From Sulfolobus acidocaldarius DSM 639 (lineage in GTDB: Archaea; Thermoproteota; Thermoprotei_A; Sulfolobales; Sulfolobaceae), in the NCBI RefSeq assembly GCF_000012285.1, contig NC_007181.1, forward strand, positions 240,001 through 272,000: a DNA stretch of 32,000 bases. The letters are read 5' to 3'. Numbering within the stretch: position 1 is the first letter of the stretch; every line of letters begins with the position of its first letter. Positions 8,681 through 18,505 of the stretch are shown here, piece by piece. The notes under the pieces were generated by a model. The model had not been told where the DNA came from, did not search any database, and saw only the letters and a list, made by a program, of their open reading frames with translations. Position numbers and translations under genes: made by a program.

Positions 8681-10162
8681 CTAGGTTATCACTTTGTCCA
8701 TAACCCTCTTTATGTCACAGAATTTAATAAATGACGAGAACGTATTTTCACTTAAATTTTTGAACCAATCTCTATCAGATTCAGCCTTATTTATTATGTA
8801 AAGGAATTTATTGACAAAATCAACGTAATCTCTGCTATCTATCTCTTTAGCTTTAGGCGAGTTATATATATCCACAAATTCCCTAATATCCTCTCCAAAG
8901 AAATATCCGTTATAACCATCCTTTATTATCTCCAATGTTCCCCCATCTTTTGATGAAAGTGTAGGTACACCATTTATACCAGCCTTCATGTAACTAGTCC
9001 CACAGGCTTCCCACCCAGAGAATGGGGTGAATAACAGCAAGTCTCCCCCTGACAATATATACTTTGCATTGGTTAAGGAGTAGTCGTGAATGTATATAAC
9101 GTTCTTCAGCTCCTTACTTAACCAATTAAACTCGTTCATATACACTATTCCTTCAGCATCCCTAGGATGAGCCTTTCCTGCTATCACAAATACTACGTTC
9201 AAGTCCTTGCCCATCTCTCTGATTAACCTGCTCACGAAATAAGGTCTCTTATATCTAGTCATTCTTCTAGCCCAGACTACTATCAACTTATCTTGATCTA
9301 TCTCTTTGTACTTTCTCAGTAGACTCAATAAATCGTTCCTGGCTTTAACTCTAGCCTCTCCAAATGAGCCCTTACCGGTATTGTAGATCTTTTTTACTTC
9401 TTCATGCATCCATCTATCAAAGCTTACACCATTGGTAAGAGGTGAAGGACTAGACTCAGGAAACATAATTTTGGTCAGGTCATTATGTTTTACCGACACT
9501 GTGTGAAAATAATTAGAGTAGTTCAAAAGTAGTTTTGTAAGCATTACATCCTCCACATCCACATGAATTCCAAACTCCTCCCTTAATGTCCTGGAGGAGA
9601 AATAGGGATGACCCCATGGACCTGGAGTATGAGTAACCAAATGAGTTTCATATTTACCATAAAGCCCTATCAATGCTAAGCCAGCAAGTGATTCATGCGC
9701 GTATACAGCCTTAACGTTATCTAACTTCTTTACATATTCCTCTGAGGCTTTAGCCAGAATGATGTACTTATACTCATAATCAAACTTACTGTCCTCGACG
9801 TATAGTCTACTAGTAGCCCTTACTGCCCAATCTGGACTAATTGTCTTAAAATACACAACTTTTGCATTTCCTCTCGCTATAGACAGTACTTTTAATTTTA
9901 CATTTCCTGGTCGAGCCTGTATCTCGATATCTCCTTCATTTACCATATTTTCCTCTAGGTAAGAATAATCCACTACCTCTTCCCTTATTTCGTTATTAAC
10001 GTAATATCTTGAGTGACCATTTGGATAAAATAATGTTAACACTACGTACTTTTCATTATATTTTGATGCCTCTAGATATTTGTCGCCCTCTAGTATTCCT
10101 AATCCTCCTGCATAAATTGGAACTTCATCAGTGGCTATTTCTGGTGTTATTGATATTATCAC
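8681..10162 (-). CDS. alpha-glucan/glycogen phosphorylase family (GT35-like), short archaeal form
   Basis: 493 aa; AGGLGILEGDKYLEASK, NGVSFDRWMH, WARRMTRYKRPYFVSRLI, GKAHPRD, SGGDLLLFTPFSGWEACGTSYMKAGINGVPTLSSKDGG. Confidence 0.85.
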   Translation of the reverse strand: MIISITPEIATDEVPIYAGGLGILEGDKYLEASKYNEKYVVLTLFYPNGHSRYYVNNEIREEVVDYSYLEENMVNEGDIEIQARPGNVKLKVLSIARGNAKVVYFKTISPDWAVRATSRLYVEDSKFDYEYKYIILAKASEEYVKKLDNVKAVYAHESLAGLALIGLYGKYETHLVTHTPGPWGHPYFSSRTLREEFGIHVDVEDVMLTKLLLNYSNYFHTVSVKHNDLTKIMFPESSPSPLTNGVSFDRWMHEEVKKIYNTGKGSFGEARVKARNDLLSLLRKYKEIDQDKLIVVWARRMTRYKRPYFVSRLIREMGKDLNVVFVIAGKAHPRDAEGIVYMNEFNWLSKELKNVIYIHDYSLTNAKYILSGGDLLLFTPFSGWEACGTSYMKAGINGVPTLSSKDGGTLEIIKDGYNGYFFGEDIREFVDIYNSPKAKEIDSRDYVDFVNKFLYIINKAESDRDWFKNLSENTFSSFIKFCDIKRVMDKVIT

Positions 10163-10404
10163 GGCTGAAAGATTATATGGATTTTGCTTATAAGTTTTGA
10201 CCCTAAAATATTTTTACAGATGAAAAGTTGATCATATATTATACTAATGTGTTGCAGTATGAAAAATAGAGGGATTGGGGTATTAAGTAAAGAATTAAGG
10301 TAAATAGAGGCGCTTAGGATTTATAATGTTAAATTGCAATAACCAGGTTAACCGTGATGGAGAAATTTGATTAAGGAAAGTATACGCAAAAACTATTGTA
10401 ACGT

Positions 10405-11655
10405 TTATTGGGAAGATAGGTAAGCAAATATTCTAGAGCATATTATCAATAGTACGCCTGCTATCATAAAATCAATGCCATAACTAAAGTAATGTGTTAT
10501 GTAACCAGAGATAAGCGAGCCTGCAAATAGTGCTACTCCCACAACGGTGCTGTAAATACCTAATCCTGCACCCTGATGTCTTCCCCCTAAAATTTTAAAT
10601 ATCAAGGTAGTTGACGAGGAGTAAAATATAGCATAAGCTATTCCAGCAGCTAAAGGATACGACGTTAATCCTGCTAGTAGTACTGGTATTCCTACAAAGA
10701 ACTGCATTATTAGTCCTATTATTATGTAATTTCCTCCCCTAAGTAAAAGGGATAGGTGTGCTAGCTTTTCTTCCTTTCTATTCTCTAATAACCTTGATGA
10801 AAATTGAAAACCGACTATCTGTATTAACATACCTACTAAGGTCACCAGCAGTACCTCATTCTCAGTTAGACCTCTCTTGTATAGTCCTGCAGGATATACA
10901 GTGTTAAATATTCCACTACTAATGTAAAATATTATTAGTCCTATGTAAAGTAAGGGAACATAATTAACGTGCGGAGTCTTAAGACGCTTTAACGAAAAAA
11001 TCTTAAATGAGTGAATACTAGGTAAATGAAGAAAGATTAAAGGGATCTGCCTGATTCTACTGAAAAAAGACTCCTTATTATGTATTAAGGAAGTCCTCTC
11101 AAAGGATACTTGAGGCTTAGGAATGAACCTAAAACAAAGGATAAATGTAGATAGGGATATTATGGCTAATATCCCTTCAATCAAGCTAATCTCTAGATAC
11201 GTGATTAAGAAAGTAGATATGAGGAGACCAACTAGAACTCCTATTGACGAAAACAGGGAATACCTAGAAAATAGTGAACCCCAGTGTTTTTTATCTGTAG
11301 TCTCCATTACAAGTAGATTAAACGGAGTGGTAGATGCTGTACTCATGAATACTGCAAATGCATAGTTCAATGAAATCAGAGGTATTGAGCGTGACATCAT
11401 CATTAAAAATAGGGGCAGGGAAGTTCCTCCCGTGCTTATTAATATCTGCTTCCTCCTATCGAACCTATCTGCTACATATCCCCAGAACATGGAAGCAATG
11501 ATTAAGACCAGGTTGCCTAATGACACTGTATACGCTACTTCAATTGCGTTTCCTCCCAGATTGAGTATTTGAAGAGTGATCAGTGTGGACAAAGGACCAG
11601 TAGAAGCGTTAAAAGGAATTACAAGATACATCCATTTTACGTTAGGCTTAATCAT
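10405..11655 (-). CDS. major facilitator superfamily (MFS) transporter
   Basis: 416 aa, about 12 TM helices; FWGYVADRFDRRKQILISTG loop 2-3 signature. Confidence 0.87.
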   Translation of the reverse strand: MIKPNVKWMYLVIPFNASTGPLSTLITLQILNLGGNAIEVAYTVSLGNLVLIIASMFWGYVADRFDRRKQILISTGGTSLPLFLMMMSRSIPLISLNYAFAVFMSTASTTPFNLLVMETTDKKHWGSLFSRYSLFSSIGVLVGLLISTFLITYLEISLIEGILAIISLSTFILCFRFIPKPQVSFERTSLIHNKESFFSRIRQIPLIFLHLPSIHSFKIFSLKRLKTPHVNYVPLLYIGLIIFYISSGIFNTVYPAGLYKRGLTENEVLLVTLVGMLIQIVGFQFSSRLLENRKEEKLAHLSLLLRGGNYIIIGLIMQFFVGIPVLLAGLTSYPLAAGIAYAIFYSSSTTLIFKILGGRHQGAGLGIYSTVVGVALFAGSLISGYITHYFSYGIDFMIAGVLLIICSRIFAYLSSQ

Positions 11656-11844
11656 TATAAAGTATCAGAATATCTTCTAGTTAAAAAGTTACCTAAAATA
11701 AAATAAATTGCGTAAACGTTCCTAACTGATTTAAAAATTAGAGTTAAATGAACTCACTACATTATAGATAAACCTACCATTGAGAGATAGTTTATTCGAT
11801 GAAGAAACTTATGAGATCAACACTGAATTTGACTTATTTTACCC

Positions 11845-12864
11845 TTAATTCCACTTTACAAAATTTGAGACATACCCTAAAATGTTATTCACTATTCTCT
11901 CGTTCACCATATTAAAGTTGGTCCAACTAAAAAGAGAAGGCTCCAAATAACAGGCTAATGCACATTTGTTACACTTTTCATATTGTTCCCACGGGTAACT
12001 GTTCCATAGTTTAACTATATTAGTCTCCCACACTAACTTGTCTCCGTTATACTCATTAAGCACATAACAGGGTAAAACTATTCTTCCCTGAGGATCTATG
12101 TTTATTAACATCCAGGGCTTGCATCTCCAATTCACTCCCTTATACCAGGAATTTATTATGGATTGGAAGTACTCAGGAGACTCAACAATCGGATAGCCTT
12201 TCCTCTTCAGTTCGATAAGTAAATTCAATACTTCCAGCAATTTTTTCCTTTCAGGGCTAAGTTTCTCAGCAGTTGAATAGTCGTATTCTACCTGTACGCT
12301 TACTGTTACACCTAATTTTCTTGACAACTCCAGTACATCTAAAACTTGATCGTAGTTCTCTCTAGTTATGGTAAAGCTTAACGAGACTGGAAGATATCTT
12401 ACAGCTTCTTTAATGCCCTCAACAGCTCTGTCGAAAGAGCCTGGTATACCTCTTATTCTATCATGTACTTCTCCTATACCGTCAATAGATACAAACAGAT
12501 AATCTAAATATTCTGAAATGTACTTTACCCTGTCCCTTAACAACCAACCGTTGGTTACTAAGGAAGTATAAAATCTACTGTAAGATTCCTCCAATATCTG
12601 GTCCAAATCTCTCCTCAGTAATGGTTCACCTCCTTCGAATCCCATAAATAGAACTCCTGACTTCTCTAAGGTCTTTAACATAAGGATTTCTTCCTCTAGT
12701 GATAATAGTTTTTCATCTTTTCTCCTCCAGAACGGACACATTTTGCATCTAAGGTTACAGGTGTAGAGTAACTTATGACCTGCTATGAGAGGTAACTTTT
12801 TCACTCCCCTGCCTAAGAAAGCCCTCTTGATATTTCCTAATGTCATGGGCTTAAGTTTTGACAT
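11845..12864 (-). CDS. radical SAM protein with SPASM-like C-terminal region
   Basis: 339 aa; CNLRCKMC (CX3CX2C), GFEGGEPLLR; C-terminal Cys cluster WRCKPW...LPCYV...CNKCALAC. Confidence 0.88.
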   Translation of the reverse strand: MSKLKPMTLGNIKRAFLGRGVKKLPLIAGHKLLYTCNLRCKMCPFWRRKDEKLLSLEEEILMLKTLEKSGVLFMGFEGGEPLLRRDLDQILEESYSRFYTSLVTNGWLLRDRVKYISEYLDYLFVSIDGIGEVHDRIRGIPGSFDRAVEGIKEAVRYLPVSLSFTITRENYDQVLDVLELSRKLGVTVSVQVEYDYSTAEKLSPERKKLLEVLNLLIELKRKGYPIVESPEYFQSIINSWYKGVNWRCKPWMLINIDPQGRIVLPCYVLNEYNGDKLVWETNIVKLWNSYPWEQYEKCNKCALACYLEPSLFSWTNFNMVNERIVNNILGYVSNFVKWN

Positions 12865-13147
12865 TATTAAAACTTCTGTTAGGTTATTAATAAATCATTT
12901 CATAACATTTGAAAAAATATCATTTATAAGAATAATGCAAATGTTTGTAAAAAATAAATATAACTAACTGGTTTATAACATATGTATTCCTGTATTATAA
13001 GCCTGTTTATCTTAATTTGGGAGTTTAAACAAGTAGATCCAGTTAATCTAAGTTATTGATTGTGTTCGGCTATTTTATAAAAATATTACCATGATAGCCT
13101 AAACTCGCCATAATCTTTATAAAGTAGAAGTAATAAGATAGGATGCA

Positions 13148-13456
13148 ATGAACTTCAGTAATAATGATAAGAGCAAGTACGCATTAGCGTTGGGTGCTTT
13201 GAGTGGTGTTACAACGCTTTTCTTCTTTCTCTCTCTCGACCTTTATGCATTATTATATGGACCAATAATGTTACTAATAAGCCCCTTAACCAGATTTGTA
13301 CTGCCTGTTATTATAGGTTCATTTATAGCATACTTCCTGACCAAAAAATTCAAATTCAGTCTGAGACTATCCTCAGTCCTAGTATCTTGCGTAATTTCCT
13401 TGAGTAGTTATTTTGTGATAAATTTGATTATATTATCTATTCTGGGAATGGTTTAA
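13148..13456 (+). CDS. hypothetical small membrane protein
   Basis: 102 aa with about three TM helices; polar N-terminus. Confidence 0.55.
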   Translation: MNFSNNDKSKYALALGALSGVTTLFFFLSLDLYALLYGPIMLLISPLTRFVLPVIIGSFIAYFLTKKFKFSLRLSSVLVSCVISLSSYFVINLIILSILGMV

Positions 13457-13487
13457 AGAAATTTTAAATAAAAAATTTTTCTCTTTA

Positions 13488-14336
13488 TTACAAGTAGGAG
13501 TAGATTTCATTCACGCTAACACTAGAATTTGATACTATAATGACTCCGGTGATCATGTCATTATGATCCTCTGCTCCGAGCAGGGCATATGTAGTGTTGT
13601 TTACGTTTAAGGAATATATTACAAAAGTCGAGTTCTTATAAACGAAGTTACCTGTTATGGTCAAATTGTCCGTTTCAAACAAGAATCGTTTCAGTAATTT
13701 AGTCAATTTATCGAAGTTATTACCTGTATAGTTAAAGTTCAATATTACCTGGTTGTTAACTAATTTACCCGTAAAATTCAGCTTTGGTAAGTTTCCGCTT
13801 ATAATCAAGCCTTTTTCAGTAGTTGTAGGTAACTGCTTATTTGAGTTATACAGTGATATTAATAAGTTCACGTTAATAGTTGAGTTAGTAGAGTTAGTAT
13901 GTACCACGTATATATATCTTCCATCGAAGCCAACAGCAGTTTTTGTCTTATAGTCGTAAATAAGGGAACCGTATGAACCTTGCTGGAAACCGTGTCTAAC
14001 AAGAGTCTTGTTTATATATTGAAATATCATACTGGCAAGTGGTCCCTTAACTTGTATATAACCCATTACTCCTTTGCTCTGGTTTACTGAAATAGCATAA
14101 AATACTCCTGATCCGAATGTATTTATGTACTTAGTGACATTAGGGTTCATAAAGTAATTTGAGAGATAACTGACGTTATACACGTATATTGTCCCCAGAA
14201 CCTTATAGGTAACTTGGCTGGCACTAGATTGATCATTGGAAGGTGATTGGGAGTGAATGAGCATTACTCCAGCTATAACAGCAATTACAAGTATTGCACC
14301 TATTATTCCTACAATTGGTTTGCTAATCATTACCAT
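13488..14336 (-). CDS. hypothetical secreted or membrane-anchored protein
   Basis: 282 aa; single N-terminal TM segment (VGIIGAILVIAVIAGVMLI) followed by an Asn/Ser/Thr-rich extracellular region with many N-x-S/T sequons. Confidence 0.65.
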   Translation of the reverse strand: MVMISKPIVGIIGAILVIAVIAGVMLIHSQSPSNDQSSASQVTYKVLGTIYVYNVSYLSNYFMNPNVTKYINTFGSGVFYAISVNQSKGVMGYIQVKGPLASMIFQYINKTLVRHGFQQGSYGSLIYDYKTKTAVGFDGRYIYVVHTNSTNSTINVNLLISLYNSNKQLPTTTEKGLIISGNLPKLNFTGKLVNNQVILNFNYTGNNFDKLTKLLKRFLFETDNLTITGNFVYKNSTFVIYSLNVNNTTYALLGAEDHNDMITGVIIVSNSSVSVNEIYSYL

Positions 14337-14512
14337 AGGTTTACTATTGTTCTAATAAAAACCTTTTTACGATATATTCGTTTATGGCAAATAATAAGTT
14401 GTATTATTAAGCTTTGGAGATGTTGTTTTGTAAATATAGTAAAAGAATTAAAGAAGTAGTAATGAATATTTTTTCTGATAAAGAATATAATTCAGAGGGG
14501 AGATAAATAAGT

Positions 14513-15835
14513 GTGATCCAAGGTATTGAGTATGAGGAACGAGTTGAAAGAGAAGATTTCGTAGGATTCAAAATAAGACCAAAGATGATAGTATACCCAA
14601 GAACTGAAGAAGATGTTGTGAAAATAGTTAATTACGCTAGGGAGACTAAAACTCCAATAGTTACATGGGGTGCAGGTACAAGTCTTTCAGGTCATTTAAT
14701 ATGCGACGGATGTATCTTGCTCGATATGAAATACATGGATAACATCATAGAGATAAATGAAATAGACTGGTATGCGAGAGTACAAGCAGGAGTGAACCTA
14801 GAGAGGCTAGATAAAGAGTTAGAGAAGAGAGGGTTCTTTCTACCCCCAGACCCAGCTAGTTTCTTCCTATGTAGTGTAGGCGGCGCAACAGCAAACTCAT
14901 CTGGGGGGATGAGAGGAGTAAAATACGGCACATTTAAGGACTGGGTTCTAGCACTAAAGGTAGTTCTTCCGAATGGTAAAGTGGTGAAAATCGGAGAACC
15001 GTTCACTAAGAATAGGGGAGGATACGATCTAGTGCACCTATTTGTGGGGAGTGAGGGAACACTAGGAATAATAACAGAGATATGGTTCAAAATAATACCA
15101 TTACCCAGAAGGAAAAAGTATACAATTTTAGCATATACCGACAGCCTCGAGGATACCGCTGAAGTAATTGTAAGTCTAAGGAAAAATAAGATAATGCCTG
15201 AGTTAGCTGAATTCGTAGATTATCAGGTAATTAATGCTCTAAATAAACATCTTAATGCAGGTCTCGAAGAAGTAAGGGATGGGGGAGCTTTAATTATATC
15301 CGTTGAAGAAGACTATTTGGAGGAATTAAAGAAAATACTTGGTAACAAAAAATATGTAGTTGCTGAAGGGGAAGAGGCTGAAAGAATATACTCACTTAGA
15401 GCACAAGCTGCCATAGCATTAAAGGCTGAGGGGAAAACAATGTACATAGAGGATATAGTGGTTCCGGTATCTAGACTTGTAGAGGCAATAAGGAGATTAA
15501 GGGAAATAGAGAGAGCATATAACGTTAAGATGCCAACTATTGCCCACATAGGAGACGGAAATCTCCACCCTAATGTTATTTATGACGATCCAAAAGTAGG
15601 GAAGAAAGTGTTTGAGGAAGTAGCTAAAGTTGCAATAGAGTTAGGTGGATCTGTATCTGGAGAGCACGGAATTGGAATACAAAAGGCGAAACTGCTTGGT
15701 GATCAAATAATTTCCCACAACGGTAAGGAGGTACTAGAGTTAATGAAGAGGATTAAAGATCTGTTTGACCCTTACGATATTATGAACCCTAACAAATATG
15801 TAGAACTAGCATATAAATTGAGTGAAAATAGATGA
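14513..15835 (+). CDS. GlcD-type FAD-binding oxidase (glycolate / D-lactate dehydrogenase-like)
   Basis: 440 aa; [73 protein letters not shown] start. Confidence 0.93.
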   Translation: MIQGIEYEERVEREDFVGFKIRPKMIVYPRTEEDVVKIVNYARETKTPIVTWGAGTSLSGHLICDGCILLDMKYMDNIIEINEIDWYARVQAGVNLERLDKELEKRGFFLPPDPASFFLCSVGGATANSSGGMRGVKYGTFKDWVLALKVVLPNGKVVKIGEPFTKNRGGYDLVHLFVGSEGTLGIITEIWFKIIPLPRRKKYTILAYTDSLEDTAEVIVSLRKNKIMPELAEFVDYQVINALNKHLNAGLEEVRDGGALIISVEEDYLEELKKILGNKKYVVAEGEEAERIYSLRAQAAIALKAEGKTMYIEDIVVPVSRLVEAIRRLREIERAYNVKMPTIAHIGDGNLHPNVIYDDPKVGKKVFEEVAKVAIELGGSVSGEHGIGIQKAKLLGDQIISHNGKEVLELMKRIKDLFDPYDIMNPNKYVELAYKLSENR

Positions 15836-16359
15836 GAGCATTATTCCCAGGAAGATTTCAACCATTTCACTTAGGTCACCTTCAAGTAGTCAAATGGTTG
15901 TTGGATAGATATGAGGAATTAATAATTATGATAGGAAGCGGTCAAGAAAGCCATTCACCTTACAACCCATTTACAGCCGGAGAGAGATTAGTTATGGTTA
16001 AGGAAAGTCTAGCCGAAACGGGGATCGATTTAAGGAAAGTTGTAATATTTCCTGTGATGGAGTCCTTTACAAGTAAAAACTGGATAAGAATAGTGGAGAT
16101 GTATTCTCCTCACTTTGATGTAATAATAAGCGGAAATCCTCTAGTTTACACAGTTGCTAAGGAGGCTGGGTATATGGTAGAAAGAGTGCCTATGTTTAAC
16201 AGGGATATATACAACGCTACCAGAATAAGGAAGCTAATTATGGAAAATGATCTAAAGTGGATGGAATGCGTTCCAAAGAGCGTTAGTCAATTTATAAGAG
16301 ATATAAAAGGTGATGAAAGGATAAGGGATGTAACAAAGAATGATTATACAGAGGATTGA
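15832..16359 (+). CDS. nicotinamide-nucleotide adenylyltransferase, archaeal NadM-like
   Basis: 175 aa; [44 protein letters not shown]; overlaps the upstream gene at ATGA. Confidence 0.93.
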   Translation: MRALFPGRFQPFHLGHLQVVKWLLDRYEELIIMIGSGQESHSPYNPFTAGERLVMVKESLAETGIDLRKVVIFPVMESFTSKNWIRIVEMYSPHFDVIISGNPLVYTVAKEAGYMVERVPMFNRDIYNATRIRKLIMENDLKWMECVPKSVSQFIRDIKGDERIRDVTKNDYTED

Positions 16360-16422
16360 GAAAAGATCACATCTATTTTTACGTTCTAAACTAGTTTAAA
16401 AAGGGAAAAAAGAAAAAATAAC

Positions 16423-17046
16423 TTAAAGGAAAGGCGTCCAATGGGCGAAACCACTTAGATGTGCTGGGACTGCCTCCAATGCTATATATCCTGCTAATAA
16501 GGCACTAAGTATTAGGAATACAGAGTCGATGATCAAGAATATTTTCCCTTTTGATGCGTTATCTACAAATATGGACACTGGGTAGAAGAAGAACGAAGCT
16601 AAACCTACTAATGTGTAAAGACCCAACAGTGCTATAGGTTCAGTGGTTAAACCTTTGAAGTAGCCCTGAACGCCGTAATATATGGTAACTAAGCCTAGTA
16701 TTAGAGCCAAAAATCCGAATAACTCTAATTTGTAATTGTTCTTTAAACTAAAGGCTATACCCATTAAGCCTAAACCAAGTATTGGGTAAAGATCATAAAA
16801 TAGTATATTATAACTTCCAGGCAATGGCCAGACCAATAAACCATATAATCCCGTTATAGCCATAAATGACCCCATTACAAGTAATGGCATGTAAAGAGAT
16901 CTTAAGGATTCACGATATTCTTGAATTGAGCTGTGGACAGTGAAATACGTCTTTATAAATCCATAAGCTAAAACTAAAAATGAAGAGGCTAGAACTATAA
17001 GTTGACTTGTTAATGGATCTATGAATAATGCCATTTTAATCACCAA
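16423..17046 (-). CDS. multi-pass membrane protein, DUF981-like
   Basis: 207 aa; about 7 TM helices; WPLPGSYNILFYDLYPILGL segment recalled from DUF981 family proteins. Confidence 0.6.
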   Translation of the reverse strand: MVIKMALFIDPLTSQLIVLASSFLVLAYGFIKTYFTVHSSIQEYRESLRSLYMPLLVMGSFMAITGLYGLLVWPLPGSYNILFYDLYPILGLGLMGIAFSLKNNYKLELFGFLALILGLVTIYYGVQGYFKGLTTEPIALLGLYTLVGLASFFFYPVSIFVDNASKGKIFLIIDSVFLILSALLAGYIALEAVPAHLSGFAHWTPFL

Positions 17047-17244
17047 GTTATATTATACATTATCAGAATATAACTGGTGTGTGTTTAAGTAGATACTTTT
17101 GTGAACATTTATAATGATAATTTTTTAGGTAAAGGGGATAACGAGCAAATAAATGGAATAATAACTAATACACATAAAATATTAATAATACATTTTTATT
17201 TCAATCTTATCAACTATGTTCTTGTTAACTTATAAATGTTATGT

Positions 17245-17265
17245 GTGAAAATGTTTATTTTTCAC
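17245..17265. repeat. 7-bp inverted repeat GTGAAAA-N7-TTTTCAC in a long intergenic region
   Basis: Read directly: GTGAAAATGTTTATTTTTCAC. Confidence 0.6.
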
Positions 17266-17423
17266 CACGGTAGATGGAAAAATATAATGACAATATGCAG
17301 GAGACCTAACTAAATGAGGTACTTAGATTTGTAGTAACTGAGTTCATGGTAAGGTTATTATAGCAGTTTCAGATTATTATTATTTTATAAACAATTAAAT
17401 ATAAGGAAAAACAGTAAGAAAGT

Positions 17424-18044
17424 ATGAAGAGGTTAAATTTCGTTCTTGCCTTTGATGTTTTCGGGACAATTCTCGATCTCTCATCAATTATTCAGGAATT
17501 TAGAAGGAAGCAACTTGAATATACATGGTTACTCACTATTTTAGGTAAATTTGCCACCTTTGAAGAGATAACTAAACTGGCGTTACAAAGTACGTTAACA
17601 AGTAGGGGTGAAATGGAAAAGTTTAATGAGGAGTTAAACAAGTGGAATAATTTACGATCACACTCAGACGCTAAGTACTTACAAGACATGTCTGAAATAG
17701 TCGATATCTATGCCTTAAGCAATGGTTCGATGAAGGAAGTTTCAATGCACCTTGAACATAATGGATTACTAAAGTTCTTTAAAGGAGTAGTTAGTGCTGA
17801 GGAGGTAAAAGTATACAAGCCTTCTCCGTTAGTTTACAAACACTTCATGAAGAGTGTAACTCCTAATGCTTATCTGGTCTCATCAAATCCATTTGATGTG
17901 ATAGGAGCTAAAAATGCCGGCATGGGTGCAATTTACGTGAATAGATTTAACCAGCCAATAGATCCGTTAGGTTATCAACCTGATTTAGTAGTAAAAGATT
18001 TCCATGAGTTACATGATTGGCTAAAAAGAAAATTAGTATCTTAA
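17424..18044 (+). CDS. HAD superfamily hydrolase, 2-haloacid dehalogenase (type II)-like
   Basis: 206 aa; FDVFGTILD, ALSNGSMKEV, VKVYKPSPLVYKHFM, LVSSNPFDVIGAKNAGMGAIYVNR. Confidence 0.88.
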   Translation: MKRLNFVLAFDVFGTILDLSSIIQEFRRKQLEYTWLLTILGKFATFEEITKLALQSTLTSRGEMEKFNEELNKWNNLRSHSDAKYLQDMSEIVDIYALSNGSMKEVSMHLEHNGLLKFFKGVVSAEEVKVYKPSPLVYKHFMKSVTPNAYLVSSNPFDVIGAKNAGMGAIYVNRFNQPIDPLGYQPDLVVKDFHELHDWLKRKLVS

Positions 18045-18053
18045 AAACAAAGG

Positions 18054-18365
18054 TTATTTGGTTAGCTTTTTCATTAACTCGTAGAAGTTATCATAAGGAT
18101 GTATTGGGAAGACGTCAACATTCACTGAATGACCTAACTCCCTTGTAATTGGTAGAGTTTCCAGTATCTCATCTAATTCCTCATGGGAGCTAACATCTAG
18201 GATAGCTACAACTTCTCTTTTACCACTTACCTTATATAAGCCCTTAATTTTCCCACCCTTCACGGCTGAAAGCGCAGCCTCTGCTTCTTTAGTCCAAATT
18301 TCCATGAGCTTCTTTTGGTCTATACTTTCAGGTTGCTTAACTTTGAACCACAAGAGGAATAACAT
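18054..18365 (-). CDS. muconolactone delta-isomerase-like small protein
   Basis: 103 aa; EAEAALSAVKGGKIKGLYKVSGKREVVAILDVSSHEELDEILETLPI pattern. Confidence 0.7.
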   Translation of the reverse strand: MLFLLWFKVKQPESIDQKKLMEIWTKEAEAALSAVKGGKIKGLYKVSGKREVVAILDVSSHEELDEILETLPITRELGHSVNVDVFPIHPYDNFYELMKKLTK

Positions 18366-18505
18366 TTTACATCATATTATAAACAATGTCATAAAATAAA
18401 AATAATTAGTTATATTTTATAATTGAATATACACGGAGAGAGCGATTTGGATAAAATTACTACAGGAAGAAGGATACAAACTTGCCCTTTTCCTTCCCAT
18501 CACCC

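Noticed and set aside
10009-10200. 63-aa plus-strand ORF overlapping the phosphorylase 5' end, and 12785..12967 plus-strand 60-aa ORF overlapping the radical SAM start (considered as a RiPP precursor).
   Set aside because: Both lie largely antisense to supported genes, with no leader/core features.
11123-11365. 80-aa plus-strand ORF antisense to the MFS gene.
   Set aside because: Opposes a strongly supported coding frame; composition looks like a shadow ORF.
11787-11815. TTCGATGAAGAAACTTATGAGATCAACACTGAAT resembles C and D boxes of an archaeal C/D sRNA.
   Set aside because: The C box is not canonical and no second box pair with proper spacing follows.
13457-13487. AGAAATTTTAAATAAAAAATTTTTCT between convergent genes considered as a structured element.
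   Set aside because: A/T-rich imperfect dyad consistent with a simple bidirectional poly-T terminator zone; expected between convergent archaeal genes.
14692-15090. 132-aa minus-strand ORF antisense to the GlcD-like gene.
   Set aside because: Shadow ORF; the plus strand encodes conserved FAD-oxidase motifs.
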